Source: Spirochaetae bacterium HGW-Spirochaetae-3 | Lineage (GTDB): Bacteria; Spirochaetota; Spirochaetia; Treponematales; UBA12059 | Direction: 5' to 3' | DNA length: 64,000 bases | NCBI GenBank assembly: GCA_002839315.1 | Contig: PGXV01000004.1 | Location: 98,787-162,786 of the forward strand | Shown: one piece after another, positions 9,935-20,627 of the stretch | Position numbering within the stretch: position 1 is the stretch's first letter | How the letters are laid out: the number at the start of each line of letters is the position of its first letter | The notes under the pieces: model-generated | The model's database searches: none | Told to the model about the DNA's origin: nothing | What the model saw: the letters and a program-made list of their open reading frames with translations, nothing else | Program-made: the position numbers and the translations under genes

Positions 9935-10345
9935 CTACAGGAACAGGATGTTGGCGAACAGGAAGTGGACGAATCCGCTGACGACGGCGACGATGCCGAT
10001 GATGCGACGCTGACCGATAAGGATCGCCTCGACCTTGTCCAGCGCGTTCGTCGTCACGCTTGAATTGGATCTATAGAATTCTAGCAATAGCGAGAAGCCC
10101 GCGGCGATGCCCGCCAAGGACGGGACCAAGTCGCCGATAACGGGAATATCCCCGCGCATCACCGTAAGGAGCTTGAAGAAACCGACGGTCGTGCACAGTA
10201 TACCCACGACGAGCCGGATCGTGCCGTCCTTCAGGAATTCCCGTACGCCGTCGAATTTAGTGCCCTTGGGCTCCGCGTCGATAGCCATGAGCGAATATCC
10301 CGCGACTATATTCATGAGGACGCTCAATAGGTAGAATTGAACCAT
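9935..10345 (-). CDS. Small integral membrane protein, hypothetical
   Basis: 136-aa C-terminal part of track ORF 9935..10660, starting MVQFYLLSVLMNIVAGY, with about four hydrophobic helices. The upstream 105 codons are Arg/Gly-rich and judged non-coding. Confidence 0.6.
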   Translation of the reverse strand: MVQFYLLSVLMNIVAGYSLMAIDAEPKGTKFDGVREFLKDGTIRLVVGILCTTVGFFKLLTVMRGDIPVIGDLVPSLAGIAAGFSLLLEFYRSNSSVTTNALDKVEAILIGQRRIIGIVAVVSGFVHFLFANILFL

Positions 10346-10410
10346 GCGGCCATCCCCTTTCAGCTTCGTAAAAATACCATAACGAAAACCGGATACGGGG
10401 TCAAGGCGGA

Positions 10411-10926
10411 CTATTCCACCTTGGCGACGAGCTCGACCGTATCGGCCCCTACCGCGGCGATGACGACGATACGCGCCGGTTTCGCTTCGGCGGGGAACCG
10501 TAGCCGCTGTTCCTCGTCGCCGGCCTGGAGCACGCCGATGGCGTAGCCGGCTCCGTCGCCGGTCCGAATCTCGACCGAAGCCCGATCCTGCGCCCTGGGC
10601 TTGGGCCCGAACCAAGGCGCGGTCCGCTTGACCGTCACGTACACGTGCCCCTCGAACCACAGCGCGGCGACTGACAGGGAGTTGCCCTCTACGCTGCCAG
10701 AATTCCTCGTACCTTGGACGTACCCTACGACGGTGACGGCTACGAGCATGAATATCAGCGAGAAGAAGAGGTATCGGAGCGACCTCGTGGCCGTCAGCGA
10801 ACGTAATATCCCCGGCCGCTTGGCGCCGTACCGCTCGGAAATGAACTTGGCCCCCGGCCCGGCCTTTTCCAATCGGCTTTCCCTGTTGTAATAATAGACG
10901 ACCTGACCCTTATCCTTGGTTTCCAT
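10411..10926 (-). CDS. Hypothetical single-pass membrane protein
   Basis: 171 aa with one TM segment LRYLFFSLIFMLVAVTVVGYV. Its start overlaps the nnr stop by 17 nt. Confidence 0.55.
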   Translation of the reverse strand: METKDKGQVVYYYNRESRLEKAGPGAKFISERYGAKRPGILRSLTATRSLRYLFFSLIFMLVAVTVVGYVQGTRNSGSVEGNSLSVAALWFEGHVYVTVKRTAPWFGPKPRAQDRASVEIRTGDGAGYAIGVLQAGDEEQRLRFPAEAKPARIVVIAAVGADTVELVAKVE

Positions 10927-12454
10927 CGGGCTTCCTTCCGTACGATATGCGGGCCGCCTCGCCGATTAGCGATTCCGCCTCGAAGAAACCCCTCACGGAG
11001 GCCGCGCGGCCGGCCATGCCATGCGCGATTACGGCGGAGACCGCCGCGTCCCAGGCCGAGGCGCCCCTCGCCAAAAAACCCCCGACGAGGCCGGCGAGCA
11101 CGTCGCCGGAGCCGGCGGTAGCCAAGGCCGGTTCGCGGCCGTCCCATACGGCGATCCTGCCGTCGGGATCGCCTATCCAGCTTACCGATCCCTTGAGCGC
11201 GATGACGGCGCCGAAGCGTTCGGCGGTTTCCGCGAGTACGGCCGCGGTGTCGTACTTCGCTCGACGCGAAGCCGCTGCCGACGCCGACGGATCCTCGGGG
11301 TCGGCGCCCATGGCGATGGCCGCGAGCGACGCGAACTCCCCGGGATGCGGCGTCAGGACGAGCGGAGAGCACCGCCGCCCTTTTCCGCTCGCCGCCAGGA
11401 GCCTGAGCGCGTCGGCGTCGAGGGCCAGCGGTATCGCGGCGTCCCATAATCCGTCCAGCGCGCTCGCGTTGGCGTCGTCTACGCCCCAGCCCGGCCCCGC
11501 GACGACGGCCGAGTAACGCCTCGATCCTGGATCGGAGACGGGCCGGACCATCTGGGAAACGACGAGGGAAGCCAGTATGGGCACCAGGGCGTCGCGTACG
11601 AGCAGGGTCACGCTCCCCGCGCCGGCAGCCGACGCGCTACGCGCGCACAGTACCGCGGCCCCCGTGGAACCGATAGCGCCGGCGAAGACGCCCAGGGCGC
11701 CCCGATCGCCCTTATGGCAGTCCGGATCCAAGCCAGGTAGGAAGGCATCTAGATCGCCCGCGTCCAGTAGCGACACGTTCGAACCGAGCCCCGCCGAACG
11801 ATTGAATACTCCCGTTACGGGAATGACGCGCCCGGCGTATCGCCTGAAACCCGGATAGTATAGCTCCGCCTTCAACGGATCGACGCACAGCGTCGCGGAA
11901 GCCGCGACCGGCGCCTCCGGATCCTCGTCGGCGGAGCGCATGGCGCCGATGCCTGACGGTACGTCTATGGCGACGACCGGACCGCGCGCGCGCGCGACGA
12001 GGGCGGCGAGCGCATGGAACGCGGGACGCATCGGCCCCCTGAAGCCGACTCCAGAGGCGCCGTCCAGCACGACGCCTGCCTCTGCCGCCGCGGAAGCCGC
12101 TCGCGCGTCGTCGGGGGACAACACGGTTACTCCCGATCGGCGAGCCTCCTCGAGGCGCCGGGAGGCGCAGTCGCCCATCCTGTCCGCCGCGACGGCGACG
12201 AGGCCGGTCCTGCCGGAGAACGCCAGGCGGCGGAGCACGGCCAAGGCGTCCCCGCCATTGTTGCCGCCGCCGCATATGGCCGCGACCGGCACGGGCGAAG
12301 CGTCCATCGCGCTCCTGAGCGAGTCGTCGGATTCCAGCGCCGACGCCATTCCGATGGCCGCAGCCTCCATGAGCGCGTCGTCCGAAAGCCCGTAGCGCGC
12401 CTTCGTCGCGGTATCGATCCGAGAAGCGTCGGCGAAGCCGACGAGCGGTCTCAC
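10910..12454 (-). CDS. nnr: Bifunctional NAD(P)H-hydrate repair enzyme (YjeF_N epimerase + YjeF_C dehydratase)
   Basis: Track ORF 10910..12493. N-terminal domain motif GGGNNGGDALAV and C-terminal carbohydrate-kinase domain GPGWG...GSGDVLAG. The start is probably the GTG at 12454, which forms a GTGA overlap with the upstream stop and has GGAGG 9 nt upstream. The ATG at 12493 is an alternative. Confidence 0.85.
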   Translation of the reverse strand: MRPLVGFADASRIDTATKARYGLSDDALMEAAAIGMASALESDDSLRSAMDASPVPVAAICGGGNNGGDALAVLRRLAFSGRTGLVAVAADRMGDCASRRLEEARRSGVTVLSPDDARAASAAAEAGVVLDGASGVGFRGPMRPAFHALAALVARARGPVVAIDVPSGIGAMRSADEDPEAPVAASATLCVDPLKAELYYPGFRRYAGRVIPVTGVFNRSAGLGSNVSLLDAGDLDAFLPGLDPDCHKGDRGALGVFAGAIGSTGAAVLCARSASAAGAGSVTLLVRDALVPILASLVVSQMVRPVSDPGSRRYSAVVAGPGWGVDDANASALDGLWDAAIPLALDADALRLLAASGKGRRCSPLVLTPHPGEFASLAAIAMGADPEDPSASAAASRRAKYDTAAVLAETAERFGAVIALKGSVSWIGDPDGRIAVWDGREPALATAGSGDVLAGLVGGFLARGASAWDAAVSAVIAHGMAGRAASVRGFFEAESLIGEAARISYGRKPDGNQG

Positions 12455-13680
12455 GGAGCCAGGCCTCCGAGCATCTTGTCGAAACGCCACCACACGAATC
12501 GCGCCTCGTAGCGCGACCCGAGTACGGCGGACAGTATGCCTTCGGGAGATAGCGAGAAGGACGCGTAGAGCGTCTCCTCGGGGTCTATCCGGAGAGAGAA
12601 TCGCTTCATCGACTTGGATCGAATATCGAATAGCCCGTAATACGTAGACCCGTCGTCATCGGCAGCCGACAGGAACAGGGCGCCCGCGGCCGCTCCGGCC
12701 AGCTCCCAGGCCCTGGATACGCGCGGTTCGTCGCTCTTCCTGCCGATCATCGACTCGAAGGTCGGTAGTTCGTAGCGCTCCACGTAGTTGCCCGTCGCGC
12801 CGTCCATTATCCAGGCCCACGACGACGAGAACTCGATTCCGGCCTGTGTATGCGTCTCCTGGTCGATTATCTCGCGATAATAGTCGACCTTGAGGATGAG
12901 CCCCGATCCGTCGGGCGCGGCTATGGCCTTATCCATGGACGCGATATTGCCGGATTCTTCCTGCGGTCGCGGCAGGTCGTCGCGCTTTATGGCTATGGTA
13001 GACAGAAGAACGCCGCGTGGGTCGAACCGGAACGCTATCCAGCCCGAGCCGGTTAGGCAGATGACTACGCAGTCGTCGTTGGCGGTGATATACAGGCCGG
13101 TAAGCGTCGGGAACGGCGTGCCGCCGACGCCTTCCTGTCCTAGGTAGTCGAGATACTCGCCGTCGCGGGAGAAGCGAAGGACGACGTACTCGAGGCTGGC
13201 CCCGCTGACGTTATCGTACGACCGGCGGGAATCCGGCACGCGATCCTCGACGAAGATCGTCCGCTTGGAATCGACCGCTATCTCGCCGGGGGCGGTGAAC
13301 GGATAAGGCTTCGCCGTGCGCCCCTGGGCTACGCCGCCCGCGTCGGAGGGCTGGAGCGTCAACGGAGGCGGATTGCGTTCAGGATTGTAGACCATCGCCA
13401 GCAGGTCGCCGAAGGACGACAGCGTAAGCACCTTGGCCGCGTTACCGTTGGCCACGAAGAATATGCCGTCGCGCATGGCCAGCCGCGTCTTCTGAGGCGG
13501 CGCCTCACCGTCGAGGCTGAACAGGTTGAGCTGGTCCTCGAGGACGCCGTAGCCCAGGGAGAACAGCTGCTCCCTCTGTAGCGCGGTAACCGAATGCGAT
13601 TCCGTACAGGAAATGGACAGTACCGCGGCTATAACCAGCACCGCGAGCAGGGACAACCCGGTCCTTGAAGCATGTCGCAC
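12451..13680 (-). CDS. Lipoprotein, hypothetical (beta-rich)
   Basis: 409 aa. Signal peptide plus lipobox LLAVLVIAAVLSISC. First gene of a minus-strand string: lipoprotein, nnr, two membrane proteins, nudix. Confidence 0.6.
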   Translation of the reverse strand: MRHASRTGLSLLAVLVIAAVLSISCTESHSVTALQREQLFSLGYGVLEDQLNLFSLDGEAPPQKTRLAMRDGIFFVANGNAAKVLTLSSFGDLLAMVYNPERNPPPLTLQPSDAGGVAQGRTAKPYPFTAPGEIAVDSKRTIFVEDRVPDSRRSYDNVSGASLEYVVLRFSRDGEYLDYLGQEGVGGTPFPTLTGLYITANDDCVVICLTGSGWIAFRFDPRGVLLSTIAIKRDDLPRPQEESGNIASMDKAIAAPDGSGLILKVDYYREIIDQETHTQAGIEFSSSWAWIMDGATGNYVERYELPTFESMIGRKSDEPRVSRAWELAGAAAGALFLSAADDDGSTYYGLFDIRSKSMKRFSLRIDPEETLYASFSLSPEGILSAVLGSRYEARFVWWRFDKMLGGLAP

Positions 13681-13710
13681 GCGCTACCCTCCAGGTTCTA
13701 TTCGGTTCGC

Positions 13711-13738
13711 TTGACCGCTCGTCCTGAAAAGATATAGA
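13711..13738 (+). promoter_or_regulatory. Candidate sigma70-type promoter of secA (TTGACC-N16-TATAGA)
   Basis: -35 TTGACC at 13711-13716 and -10 TATAGA at 13733-13738. Only 9 nt separate the -10 from the secA ATG, and no Shine-Dalgarno is visible. Confidence 0.35.
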
Positions 13739-13747
13739 TTAATCGGC

Positions 13748-16528
13748 ATGGCGTTCAACCCCCTTACGGCGATCTTCGGCTCCAAACGCGAGCGAGACAT
13801 CAAGACACTTCTCCCCCGGCTCCACGCGGTCAACGAGCGCGAAGCCTGGGCCATGTCGCTCTCGGCCGAGGATTTCCCGGCCAAGACCGTCGAGCTCCGC
13901 GCTCGGATCGCTTCCGGCGAATCCCTCGACTCGGTCCTGCCCGAGGCCTTCGCGCTAGCCCGCGAAGCCGCGAGAAGGGTGCTCGGCGAGCGTTCCTTCG
14001 ACACGCAGATACTAGGCGGCATCGTCCTCCACGACGGCAAGATCGTCGAGATGAAGACCGGCGAGGGCAAGACCCTGTCGTCGGTCGCGGCGGCCTACCT
14101 CAACTCGCTCGAAGGCAAGGGCGTCCATGTCGTCACCGTCAACGACTACCTGGCGGAGCGCGATTCCCAGTGGATGGGCGCGGTATTCTCGTATCTCGGC
14201 GTCACCGTCGGGGCTATCCTGTCGAACATGGACAACGAGGCGAGGCGCGCGGCCTATGCGAAGGATATCACCTACGGAACCAACAACGAGTTCGGTTTCG
14301 ACTACCTGCGCGACAATATGGCGCTTGAGCCGTCCAATCGCGTGCAACGCGGCCATCACTACTGCGTCGTCGACGAGATAGACTCCATCCTCGTCGACGA
14401 GGCGCGCACGCCGCTTATCATCTCCGGTGCGGCCGAGGACGACACCTATAAGATCAACGAGGTCGTTCGCCTCTGCCACAACCTGGTCGAGGTGGATAAG
14501 GATCCCGCGACCGGCGAGTATCCGAAGGAAGACGAGGGCGAAACGCTCGTCGGCGACTACAAGATAGAAGAGAAGAACAAGAAGATATCGTTCACGTCCG
14601 ACGGCCTGGCGACGATGGAGGACGCGCTCAAGAAGCGCGGGCTCATCCAGGGCTCGCTGTTCGACGAGCAGAATTTCGAGTACGTCCACTACTTCACCCA
14701 GGCGATCCGCGCCCGCGAGCTGTTCCACAAGGATACCGAGTACGTAGTCCAGGAAGGCCTCGTGCAGATCGTAGACGAATTCACCGGGCGTATCCTGCAC
14801 GGCCGCCGATATTCCGACGGACTCCACGAGGCTATAGAGGCCAAGGAACGCATAAAGATAGCCAGGCGCAACCGTACCCTCGCCACTATCACCTTCCAGA
14901 ACTATTTCCGCATGTACGACAAGATAGCCGGCATGACGGGCACCGCCGAGACCGAGGCGGTCGAATTCCAGAAGATCTACGAGCTAGACGTCGTCGTTAT
15001 CCCGACCAACAGGCCGGTCGCGCGCCTCGACGAGGACGACCTGGTGTTCCTCAACGAGTCGGAGAAATTCGACGCCATCTGCGACGAGATAGCCGAGGCC
15101 CACGCCAAGGGCCAGCCGATGCTCGTCGGTACCGTCAGCATCGACAAGTCGGAGCGGCTATCGGCCGCGCTGACGAGGCGCGGCGTCAAGCACGAGGTAC
15201 TCAACGCGAAGAACCACGCCCGCGAGGCGACGATCATCGCCGAAGCCGGTTCCAAGGGCGCCGTGACCATAGCCACGAACATGGCGGGCCGCGGTACCGA
15301 CATCAAGCTCGGCGGCAATCCCGAGTACCGCGCGCGCAAGAAGGCCGGCACGAACGCGGACGAGGCTACATTCCGCGCCGTCCTCGCCCAGGAATACGAG
15401 AGCTGGCGCAAGGACTACGAGGAAGTGAAGGCGGCCGGAGGCCTCTACGTACTCGGCACCGAGCGCCACGAGTCGAGGCGCATAGACAACCAGCTGCGCG
15501 GCCGTTCTGGCCGCCAGGGCGACCCGGGCCGCTCTCGCTTCTTCATATCGCTGGACGACGACCTGATGCGCCTCTTCGGCGGCACGAACCTCAAGGGCCT
15601 CATGATGAAGGTCGGAATGAAGGAAGGCGAGCCCATCTACCACCCCCTGCTCAACAGGACGATGGAGAACGCGCAGAAGCGCGTCGAGGAACGCAACTTC
15701 GATATACGCAAGCACCTCCTCGAGTACGACGACGTACTCAATCAGCAGCGCAAATTCATCTACGATCAGCGCGACGCGATCGTCAAGGACGGCGACCTGC
15801 CCGCCCGCATCGTCGGCGCCGCCCGCGAGATGGTCGACGCGATGCTGCAGCAGTACGAGGACGGCCTCAAGGCCGATCAGAAGGTCGCCTACGCCGAGCT
15901 TCAGGACATGCTCAAGATGGCGTTCGGCTTCGTCCTGCCGTTCCGGTCGGAGGCCCCGGAGACGAGGAAGATCGACGACCTTCGGGCCACCGCCGTCGCG
16001 GAGCTCGATCGCGACCTCGAGGAGAAGCTGGCCATGGCCGGCTCGGACAACCTCAACCACTTCCTGCGCTGGAAATACCTGTCGGCCATCGACCAGAAGT
16101 GGCTTGACCACCTCGAGAACATGGAAGCGCTCCGCGAGGCCGTCTACCTTAGGCATTACGCCCAGAAAAACCCGTTGATCGAGTACAAGCTCGAGGGATT
16201 CGAGATGTTCGACGCGATGATCGAGGACATACGAAAGACCGTCGCGAGCACCCTGTACCTGGTACGCATCCAGAAGCAGGAAGACCGTAGCGTACGGCCG
16301 GTCGCGACGGGAGGAGAGACCCGCCATGACGAGATGGGCCAGTTCTCCGGATCCGGCGCCGGAGCCCAGGCCGCAGGCGCCGCCAAGGCCCAGGCGTCTT
16401 CGGGCGCGATGGCTCAGGGAGCCGCCCCGAGGAACGCGACGGTCGTGCGGACCTATCCGAAGGTCGGCCGTAACGACCCCTGCCCCTGCGGATCCGGCAA
16501 GAAGTACAAGCACTGCCACGGCGCCTGA
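13748..16528 (+). CDS. secA: Preprotein translocase ATPase SecA
   Basis: 926 aa. MKTGEGKT Walker [19 protein letters not shown]-type motif (here [20 protein letters not shown]) and a C-terminal zinc finger [14 protein letters not shown]. Confidence 0.97.
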   Translation: MAFNPLTAIFGSKRERDIKTLLPRLHAVNEREAWAMSLSAEDFPAKTVELRARIASGESLDSVLPEAFALAREAARRVLGERSFDTQILGGIVLHDGKIVEMKTGEGKTLSSVAAAYLNSLEGKGVHVVTVNDYLAERDSQWMGAVFSYLGVTVGAILSNMDNEARRAAYAKDITYGTNNEFGFDYLRDNMALEPSNRVQRGHHYCVVDEIDSILVDEARTPLIISGAAEDDTYKINEVVRLCHNLVEVDKDPATGEYPKEDEGETLVGDYKIEEKNKKISFTSDGLATMEDALKKRGLIQGSLFDEQNFEYVHYFTQAIRARELFHKDTEYVVQEGLVQIVDEFTGRILHGRRYSDGLHEAIEAKERIKIARRNRTLATITFQNYFRMYDKIAGMTGTAETEAVEFQKIYELDVVVIPTNRPVARLDEDDLVFLNESEKFDAICDEIAEAHAKGQPMLVGTVSIDKSERLSAALTRRGVKHEVLNAKNHAREATIIAEAGSKGAVTIATNMAGRGTDIKLGGNPEYRARKKAGTNADEATFRAVLAQEYESWRKDYEEVKAAGGLYVLGTERHESRRIDNQLRGRSGRQGDPGRSRFFISLDDDLMRLFGGTNLKGLMMKVGMKEGEPIYHPLLNRTMENAQKRVEERNFDIRKHLLEYDDVLNQQRKFIYDQRDAIVKDGDLPARIVGAAREMVDAMLQQYEDGLKADQKVAYAELQDMLKMAFGFVLPFRSEAPETRKIDDLRATAVAELDRDLEEKLAMAGSDNLNHFLRWKYLSAIDQKWLDHLENMEALREAVYLRHYAQKNPLIEYKLEGFEMFDAMIEDIRKTVASTLYLVRIQKQEDRSVRPVATGGETRHDEMGQFSGSGAGAQAAGAAKAQASSGAMAQGAAPRNATVVRTYPKVGRNDPCPCGSGKKYKHCHGA

Positions 16529-16546
16529 GACGCCGGAAGAATAGTG

Positions 16547-16678
16547 AATAAAGAAGGCAAGAGGAAAAGAAGGAGAGTAATCAGTGACCAAGATACGGTA
16601 TCTTACACGGATCACGGATCACTGATAACTTCCAGCTGCTCTCCTTCCGACCTCTTATCCTCTTCGTTCTGCTTTATT
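16547..16678 (+). other. AT-rich nested imperfect hairpin element (secA terminator, sRNA or MITE-like candidate)
   Basis: The polypurine left arm AATAAAGAAGGCAAGAGGAAAAGAAGGAGAG (16547-16577) pairs in three 7-8 bp blocks with the polypyrimidine right arm CTCTCCTTCCGACCTCTTATCCTCTTCGTTCTGCTTTATT (16639-16678). An inner 8-bp stem is ATCAGTGA/TCACTGAT (16580-87 / 16619-26). The innermost palindrome is AAGATACgGTATCTT, next to a tandem CACGGAT x2. Confidence 0.5.
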
Positions 16679-16688
16679 AAGGGAATCC

Positions 16689-18092
16689 ATGTCGCTTAAC
16701 TGGCGGGAGATAGACCTGGTGCTGAGCGAGCTCGATCTCGTGGGCGCCCAGATACAGAAAATCGTCCAGCCTTCCTACGACACCCTCGTACTGTCGTGCT
16801 ACAAGCCTGGCGCCGCGATAGAATTGCTGTTCTGCGTCGCTCACGGCGCGTGCCGCCTGCACGCTACGCGCATGCCCGTGCCCAAGGCCGAGAAGCCGCA
16901 GCGTTTCATGGAGCTGCTACGCTCCCAGGTCCGCGGCGCGCGCATAGAATCGATAGAGCAGATAGGCACCGAGCGCATCGTGCGCATGAGGATAGGCCGC
17001 GATGACGGCGAGCGCTTACTGTACGCGCGGCTGTGGTCGGGAGCGGCCAATCTCCTGCTATGCACGCCCGACGGGAAGATACTGGACGCGTTGGCCCGCA
17101 AGCCGAGCAAGGGCGAACTATCGGGCGGCCGATACGCGCCCGAGGCCGGGGCCGCCCCGTCGCGGGAGTTCGTCGTACGAGAGCTTCCCGGCGATGGAAC
17201 GTTCAACGAACGTATAGACTCTTTTTATGCCGAGCACGGTTCGGAGCTATCGCGGGCCGCTCTCCTGGAACGCGCCCGCAAGTATTTCTCGCAGCGCAGG
17301 GCCCAGCTCGACGCCCGCGCGGACGCCCTTACGAAGGCGGCGGCCGACTACGCGGAGGCCGATCGCTATCGCGAGCTGGGCGATATCCTGATGGCCAACC
17401 AGGCCGTTCAGCCGACGGGAGCGACCGTCGCGGCGGACGATTTCTATCAGGGCGGCGAGGCCGAGATACGCGTCGACCCGGGGAAGAGTATCCTCGACAA
17501 TGCCCGCGCCTATTACGAGAAGTCCAAGAAGGCCCGATCCGGAGCCGTCGAGACGGCCGCTGAGCTCGAGGAGCTACGCAAGGCCGTCGAATCGCTGGAA
17601 AGCGAGCGGGAGCGGATGGAGGCCACGGAGAATCCGTACGCCATCCGCGCCTACCTGGCCAAGCATCGCTCGGCGCCGTCGCAGGCGCCCAAGCGCTTTC
17701 CGGGCCTGTCCCTCGAGCGAAACGGCTGGCAGATACTTATAGGACGCTCGGCCGCCGAGAACGACGCGTTGCTGAGGAGGCACGTCCGAGGCAACGACCT
17801 GTGGTTCCACGCGCGCGATTACTCGGGCTCGTACGTGTTCGTCAAATCGAGGCCGGGCAAGAGCGTACCGCTCGAGATCCTGCTCGATGCCGGTTCCCTG
17901 GCCCTGTACTACTCAAAGGGCCGGTCCGCGGGCGCCGGCGACCTATACTACACCCATGCAAAATACCTCCGGCGAGCCAAGGACGGCCCCAGGGGCCTCG
18001 TCCTTCCGACCCAGGAGAAGAACCTACGCGTCAAGCTCGAAGACGCCCGCATGCGCGATCTCAGGCGCCTCATCGGCAAGGATGACGATTAG
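16689..18092 (+). CDS. NFACT-family protein (RqcH/FbpA-like; NFACT-N + coiled coil + NFACT-R/DUF814)
   Basis: 467 aa. N-terminus MSLNWREIDLVLSELD..IQKIVQP and a C-terminal DUF814-like segment LLRRHVRGNDLWFHARDYSGSYVFVKS. The position aligned by eye with the RqcH DR motif reads ER (GTERIVRM). Shorter than the typical ~570-aa RqcH. Confidence 0.7.
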   Translation: MSLNWREIDLVLSELDLVGAQIQKIVQPSYDTLVLSCYKPGAAIELLFCVAHGACRLHATRMPVPKAEKPQRFMELLRSQVRGARIESIEQIGTERIVRMRIGRDDGERLLYARLWSGAANLLLCTPDGKILDALARKPSKGELSGGRYAPEAGAAPSREFVVRELPGDGTFNERIDSFYAEHGSELSRAALLERARKYFSQRRAQLDARADALTKAAADYAEADRYRELGDILMANQAVQPTGATVAADDFYQGGEAEIRVDPGKSILDNARAYYEKSKKARSGAVETAAELEELRKAVESLESERERMEATENPYAIRAYLAKHRSAPSQAPKRFPGLSLERNGWQILIGRSAAENDALLRRHVRGNDLWFHARDYSGSYVFVKSRPGKSVPLEILLDAGSLALYYSKGRSAGAGDLYYTHAKYLRRAKDGPRGLVLPTQEKNLRVKLEDARMRDLRRLIGKDDD

Positions 18093-18107
18093 TCCCGCGC
18101 GGGACTA
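18090..18107. terminator. Perfect 18-bp palindrome spanning both convergent stop codons (candidate bidirectional terminator)
   Basis: TAGTCCCGCGCGGGACTA. The TAG stop of the NFACT gene and the complement of the clpC TAG stop are the two ends of the palindrome. Confidence 0.45.
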
Positions 18108-20627
18108 GCCCTTCGAGGCGCCTACCGGTTGCTGCGAGCCCCTCGTCTGCCTGACGACCTTGATGAAGAGCAGGCCATCCTTTTCCTTTACCCTGACCGT
18201 CGTCCCGGGAGAGCACTTGCCCTCTACTATCGACGCGGCGAGCGGGTCCTCTATCAGCTTCGTAATGAGACGCCGCATCGGCCTCGCGCCGTACGATTCG
18301 TCGTAGCCGTCCTCGACGAGCCTGTCGATAGCCTTCTTATCCAGTTCCAGGGCTATGCCGCGCTCGGCCAGCCGACGCCTGAGCTGCGACAGCTCCAGTT
18401 CAAGCACGGTCCTGACCTGCACCTGGTCCAGGGGATGGAAGACCACGACCTGATCGACGCGGTTTATGAACTCGGGATTGAAAAGACGCTTCAGCTCGGC
18501 GAGCGCGGCCGACTTGACGGCATCGTAGTCGAAACGCCTCGCCTCGGCGCCGAAGCCCAGCCTGGAACCGCGTATCAGGTCGCGAGTGCCCGCGTTGCTC
18601 GTCATGATGACGACGCAATTTCGGAACGAGACGGAATGGCCGAGGTTGTCGCGCAGCTCGCCTTCCTCCAGGAGCTGGAGGAGCAGGTTGAATACGTCGG
18701 GATGCGCCTTCTCGATCTCGTCGAACAGCACGACGCTATAGGGCTTCCGCCTGACGCGCTCGGTCAGCATGCCGCCCTCGTTATAGCCTACGTATCCGGG
18801 AGGCGCGCCGACGAGCCTGGCGGCGTTGTGCTTCTCCATGAAATCGGACATGTCTATGCGTATCAGCGCCTCGTCGCTGCCGAACAGGCTCTCGGCCAGG
18901 GTCTTGGCGAGCAGGGTCTTGCCGACGCCCGTGGGTCCGAGGAAGATGAAGGACCCGAGAGGCCGACGAGGATCGGATATACCCGCGCGCGATCGCCTGA
19001 CCGCGGAGGCGAGCGCCTTCACGGCGAAATCCTGCCCCACGACGCGCCGGTGCAGCTCATCCTCGAGGCTCGACAGGCGTTCCGACTCGCCCTCCGCTAT
19101 CCGTTGGACCGGGATTCCGGTCATCTCCGACACGACCGAGCGGACGTCTTCGACGCTTATGGTGACGCCGTCTCCGGCAACGCCAAGGTTCTTCGCCTTG
19201 AGCGACTCCAACTCGGCCTTGAGGCCACGTACCCTGTCGCGAACCTCGGCGGCGCGCTCGTAGTTCTGCGTCGACACGAGAGCGAGCTTTTCCTCGGTGA
19301 GGCGGCGTATCTCGGCCTCGATACCGTTCAGGCCCGGCCCGCGCGACGGACTCTCTACCTTCTTGCAGGCGCCCGCCTCGTCGAGCACGTCTATGGCCTT
19401 GTCCGGAAGGAAACGGTCGCTGACGTATCGGTCGGCGAGCCTGACCGATGCCTCTACGGCGTCCTGGGCGTACCGGACGCCGTGGTAGCGTTCGTACCGT
19501 TCCTTTATGCCGTTCAGGATATCTATCGATTGCTCTATCGTCGGCTCCTCGACGAGAACGGTCTGGAACCGGCGTTCGAGCGCCGCGTCTTTCTCGAAAT
19601 ATTTACGGTACTCGTCGAGGGTCGTGGCCCCGATGCACTGAAGCTCCCCGCGGGACAGCGCCGGCTTCAGCATGTTCGACGCGTCTATCGTACCCTCGGC
19701 GCTGCCCGCGCCTATGATGGTATGGAGCTCGTCGATGAAAAGGATGACGTTGCCCGTCGCTGCTATCTCCTTCATGATGCGCTTGAGGCGTTCCTCGAAT
19801 TCGCCGCGGTACTTGGTCCCGGCGACTATCGACGCCATGTCCAGGACGAGCAGGCGCTTACCGAGCAGACCTTCGGGGACATCGCCCTTCGCCATCCTGA
19901 GCGCAAGGCCCTCGACTATCGCGGTCTTGCCGACGCCCGGATCGCCTATCAGCACGGGATTGTTCTTGCTACGGCGCGACAGGATGCGCACGACGCGGCG
20001 GGTTTCCACCGTTCTCCCTATTACCGGGTCGATCCTGTCTTCGCGAGCCCACGCGGTCAGGTCGCGCGAGTGCTCGTCGAGGAGCGGCGTGGACCCTCCG
20101 GGTATCTTTCTCTGCGCGGCGGCGGAAGCGGCTACGCGCGGCGACGGCGTAACGGGGATATCCTCTTTTTCATGGGCCTCGTCGGTACCGCTCGCGGACA
20201 GCAGCTTGAGCGCGACGCGGAGCTGTTCGTAGAAGACTCCGTACCGCGATAGGTACTGCTCGAAGACCGATCCGCCCTCCCGCGCCGCTGCTATCACGAG
20301 GTGCTCCGTGCCGATATACTCGCCGTCCATTATCCTGGCTTCCTCGGCCGCGGTCTCCAGCATCGACTTGAGCCGCCGCGACAGAGGGGCGTCGCCGAGC
20401 AAGAATCCGCCCTTTCGCCCCGATGCGGCGCGCTCAAGGTCGAGCGCCAGCTCGCGCATGTCCATCTTCAGCGTGGACAACAAGCGATACCCCGTACCCT
20501 CTGCCTCGCCTATGAGCGACAGCAGCACGTGCTCGGGCGCCAGCTCCCCCGCGTGGAAACGTCGGGCCTCTTCCTGCGCCGACACCGTAAGCAGGCGCTG
20601 GGCCCGTTTCGTCAATCCTTTAAACAT
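18105..20627 (-). CDS. clpC: ATP-dependent Clp protease ATP-binding subunit ClpC
   Basis: 840 aa. Two Clp_N repeats, two AAA+ modules ([15 protein letters not shown]; [15 protein letters not shown]), a UVR-like linker ([21 protein letters not shown]) and an LGF tripeptide loop for ClpP docking. Confidence 0.93.
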   Translation of the reverse strand: MFKGLTKRAQRLLTVSAQEEARRFHAGELAPEHVLLSLIGEAEGTGYRLLSTLKMDMRELALDLERAASGRKGGFLLGDAPLSRRLKSMLETAAEEARIMDGEYIGTEHLVIAAAREGGSVFEQYLSRYGVFYEQLRVALKLLSASGTDEAHEKEDIPVTPSPRVAASAAAQRKIPGGSTPLLDEHSRDLTAWAREDRIDPVIGRTVETRRVVRILSRRSKNNPVLIGDPGVGKTAIVEGLALRMAKGDVPEGLLGKRLLVLDMASIVAGTKYRGEFEERLKRIMKEIAATGNVILFIDELHTIIGAGSAEGTIDASNMLKPALSRGELQCIGATTLDEYRKYFEKDAALERRFQTVLVEEPTIEQSIDILNGIKERYERYHGVRYAQDAVEASVRLADRYVSDRFLPDKAIDVLDEAGACKKVESPSRGPGLNGIEAEIRRLTEEKLALVSTQNYERAAEVRDRVRGLKAELESLKAKNLGVAGDGVTISVEDVRSVVSEMTGIPVQRIAEGESERLSSLEDELHRRVVGQDFAVKALASAVRRSRAGISDPRRPLGSFIFLGPTGVGKTLLAKTLAESLFGSDEALIRIDMSDFMEKHNAARLVGAPPGYVGYNEGGMLTERVRRKPYSVVLFDEIEKAHPDVFNLLLQLLEEGELRDNLGHSVSFRNCVVIMTSNAGTRDLIRGSRLGFGAEARRFDYDAVKSAALAELKRLFNPEFINRVDQVVVFHPLDQVQVRTVLELELSQLRRRLAERGIALELDKKAIDRLVEDGYDESYGARPMRRLITKLIEDPLAASIVEGKCSPGTTVRVKEKDGLLFIKVVRQTRGSQQPVGASKG

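Noticed and set aside
14012-16615. 271-aa and 485-aa minus-strand ORFs
   Set aside because: Both are antisense to secA. The composition is low-complexity (Val/Leu/Asp/Arg runs) and no start context is present.
16607-16622. Tandem CACGGAT repeats considered as a CRISPR or minisatellite
   Set aside because: There are only two 7-bp units, with no spacers and no cas genes. I treated it as part of the larger hairpin element instead.
18129-20252. 707-aa plus-strand ORF
   Set aside because: It is antisense to clpC, whose AAA+ motifs are unambiguous. The translation is Arg/Leu/Gly/Pro-rich with no motifs, a typical high-GC shadow ORF.
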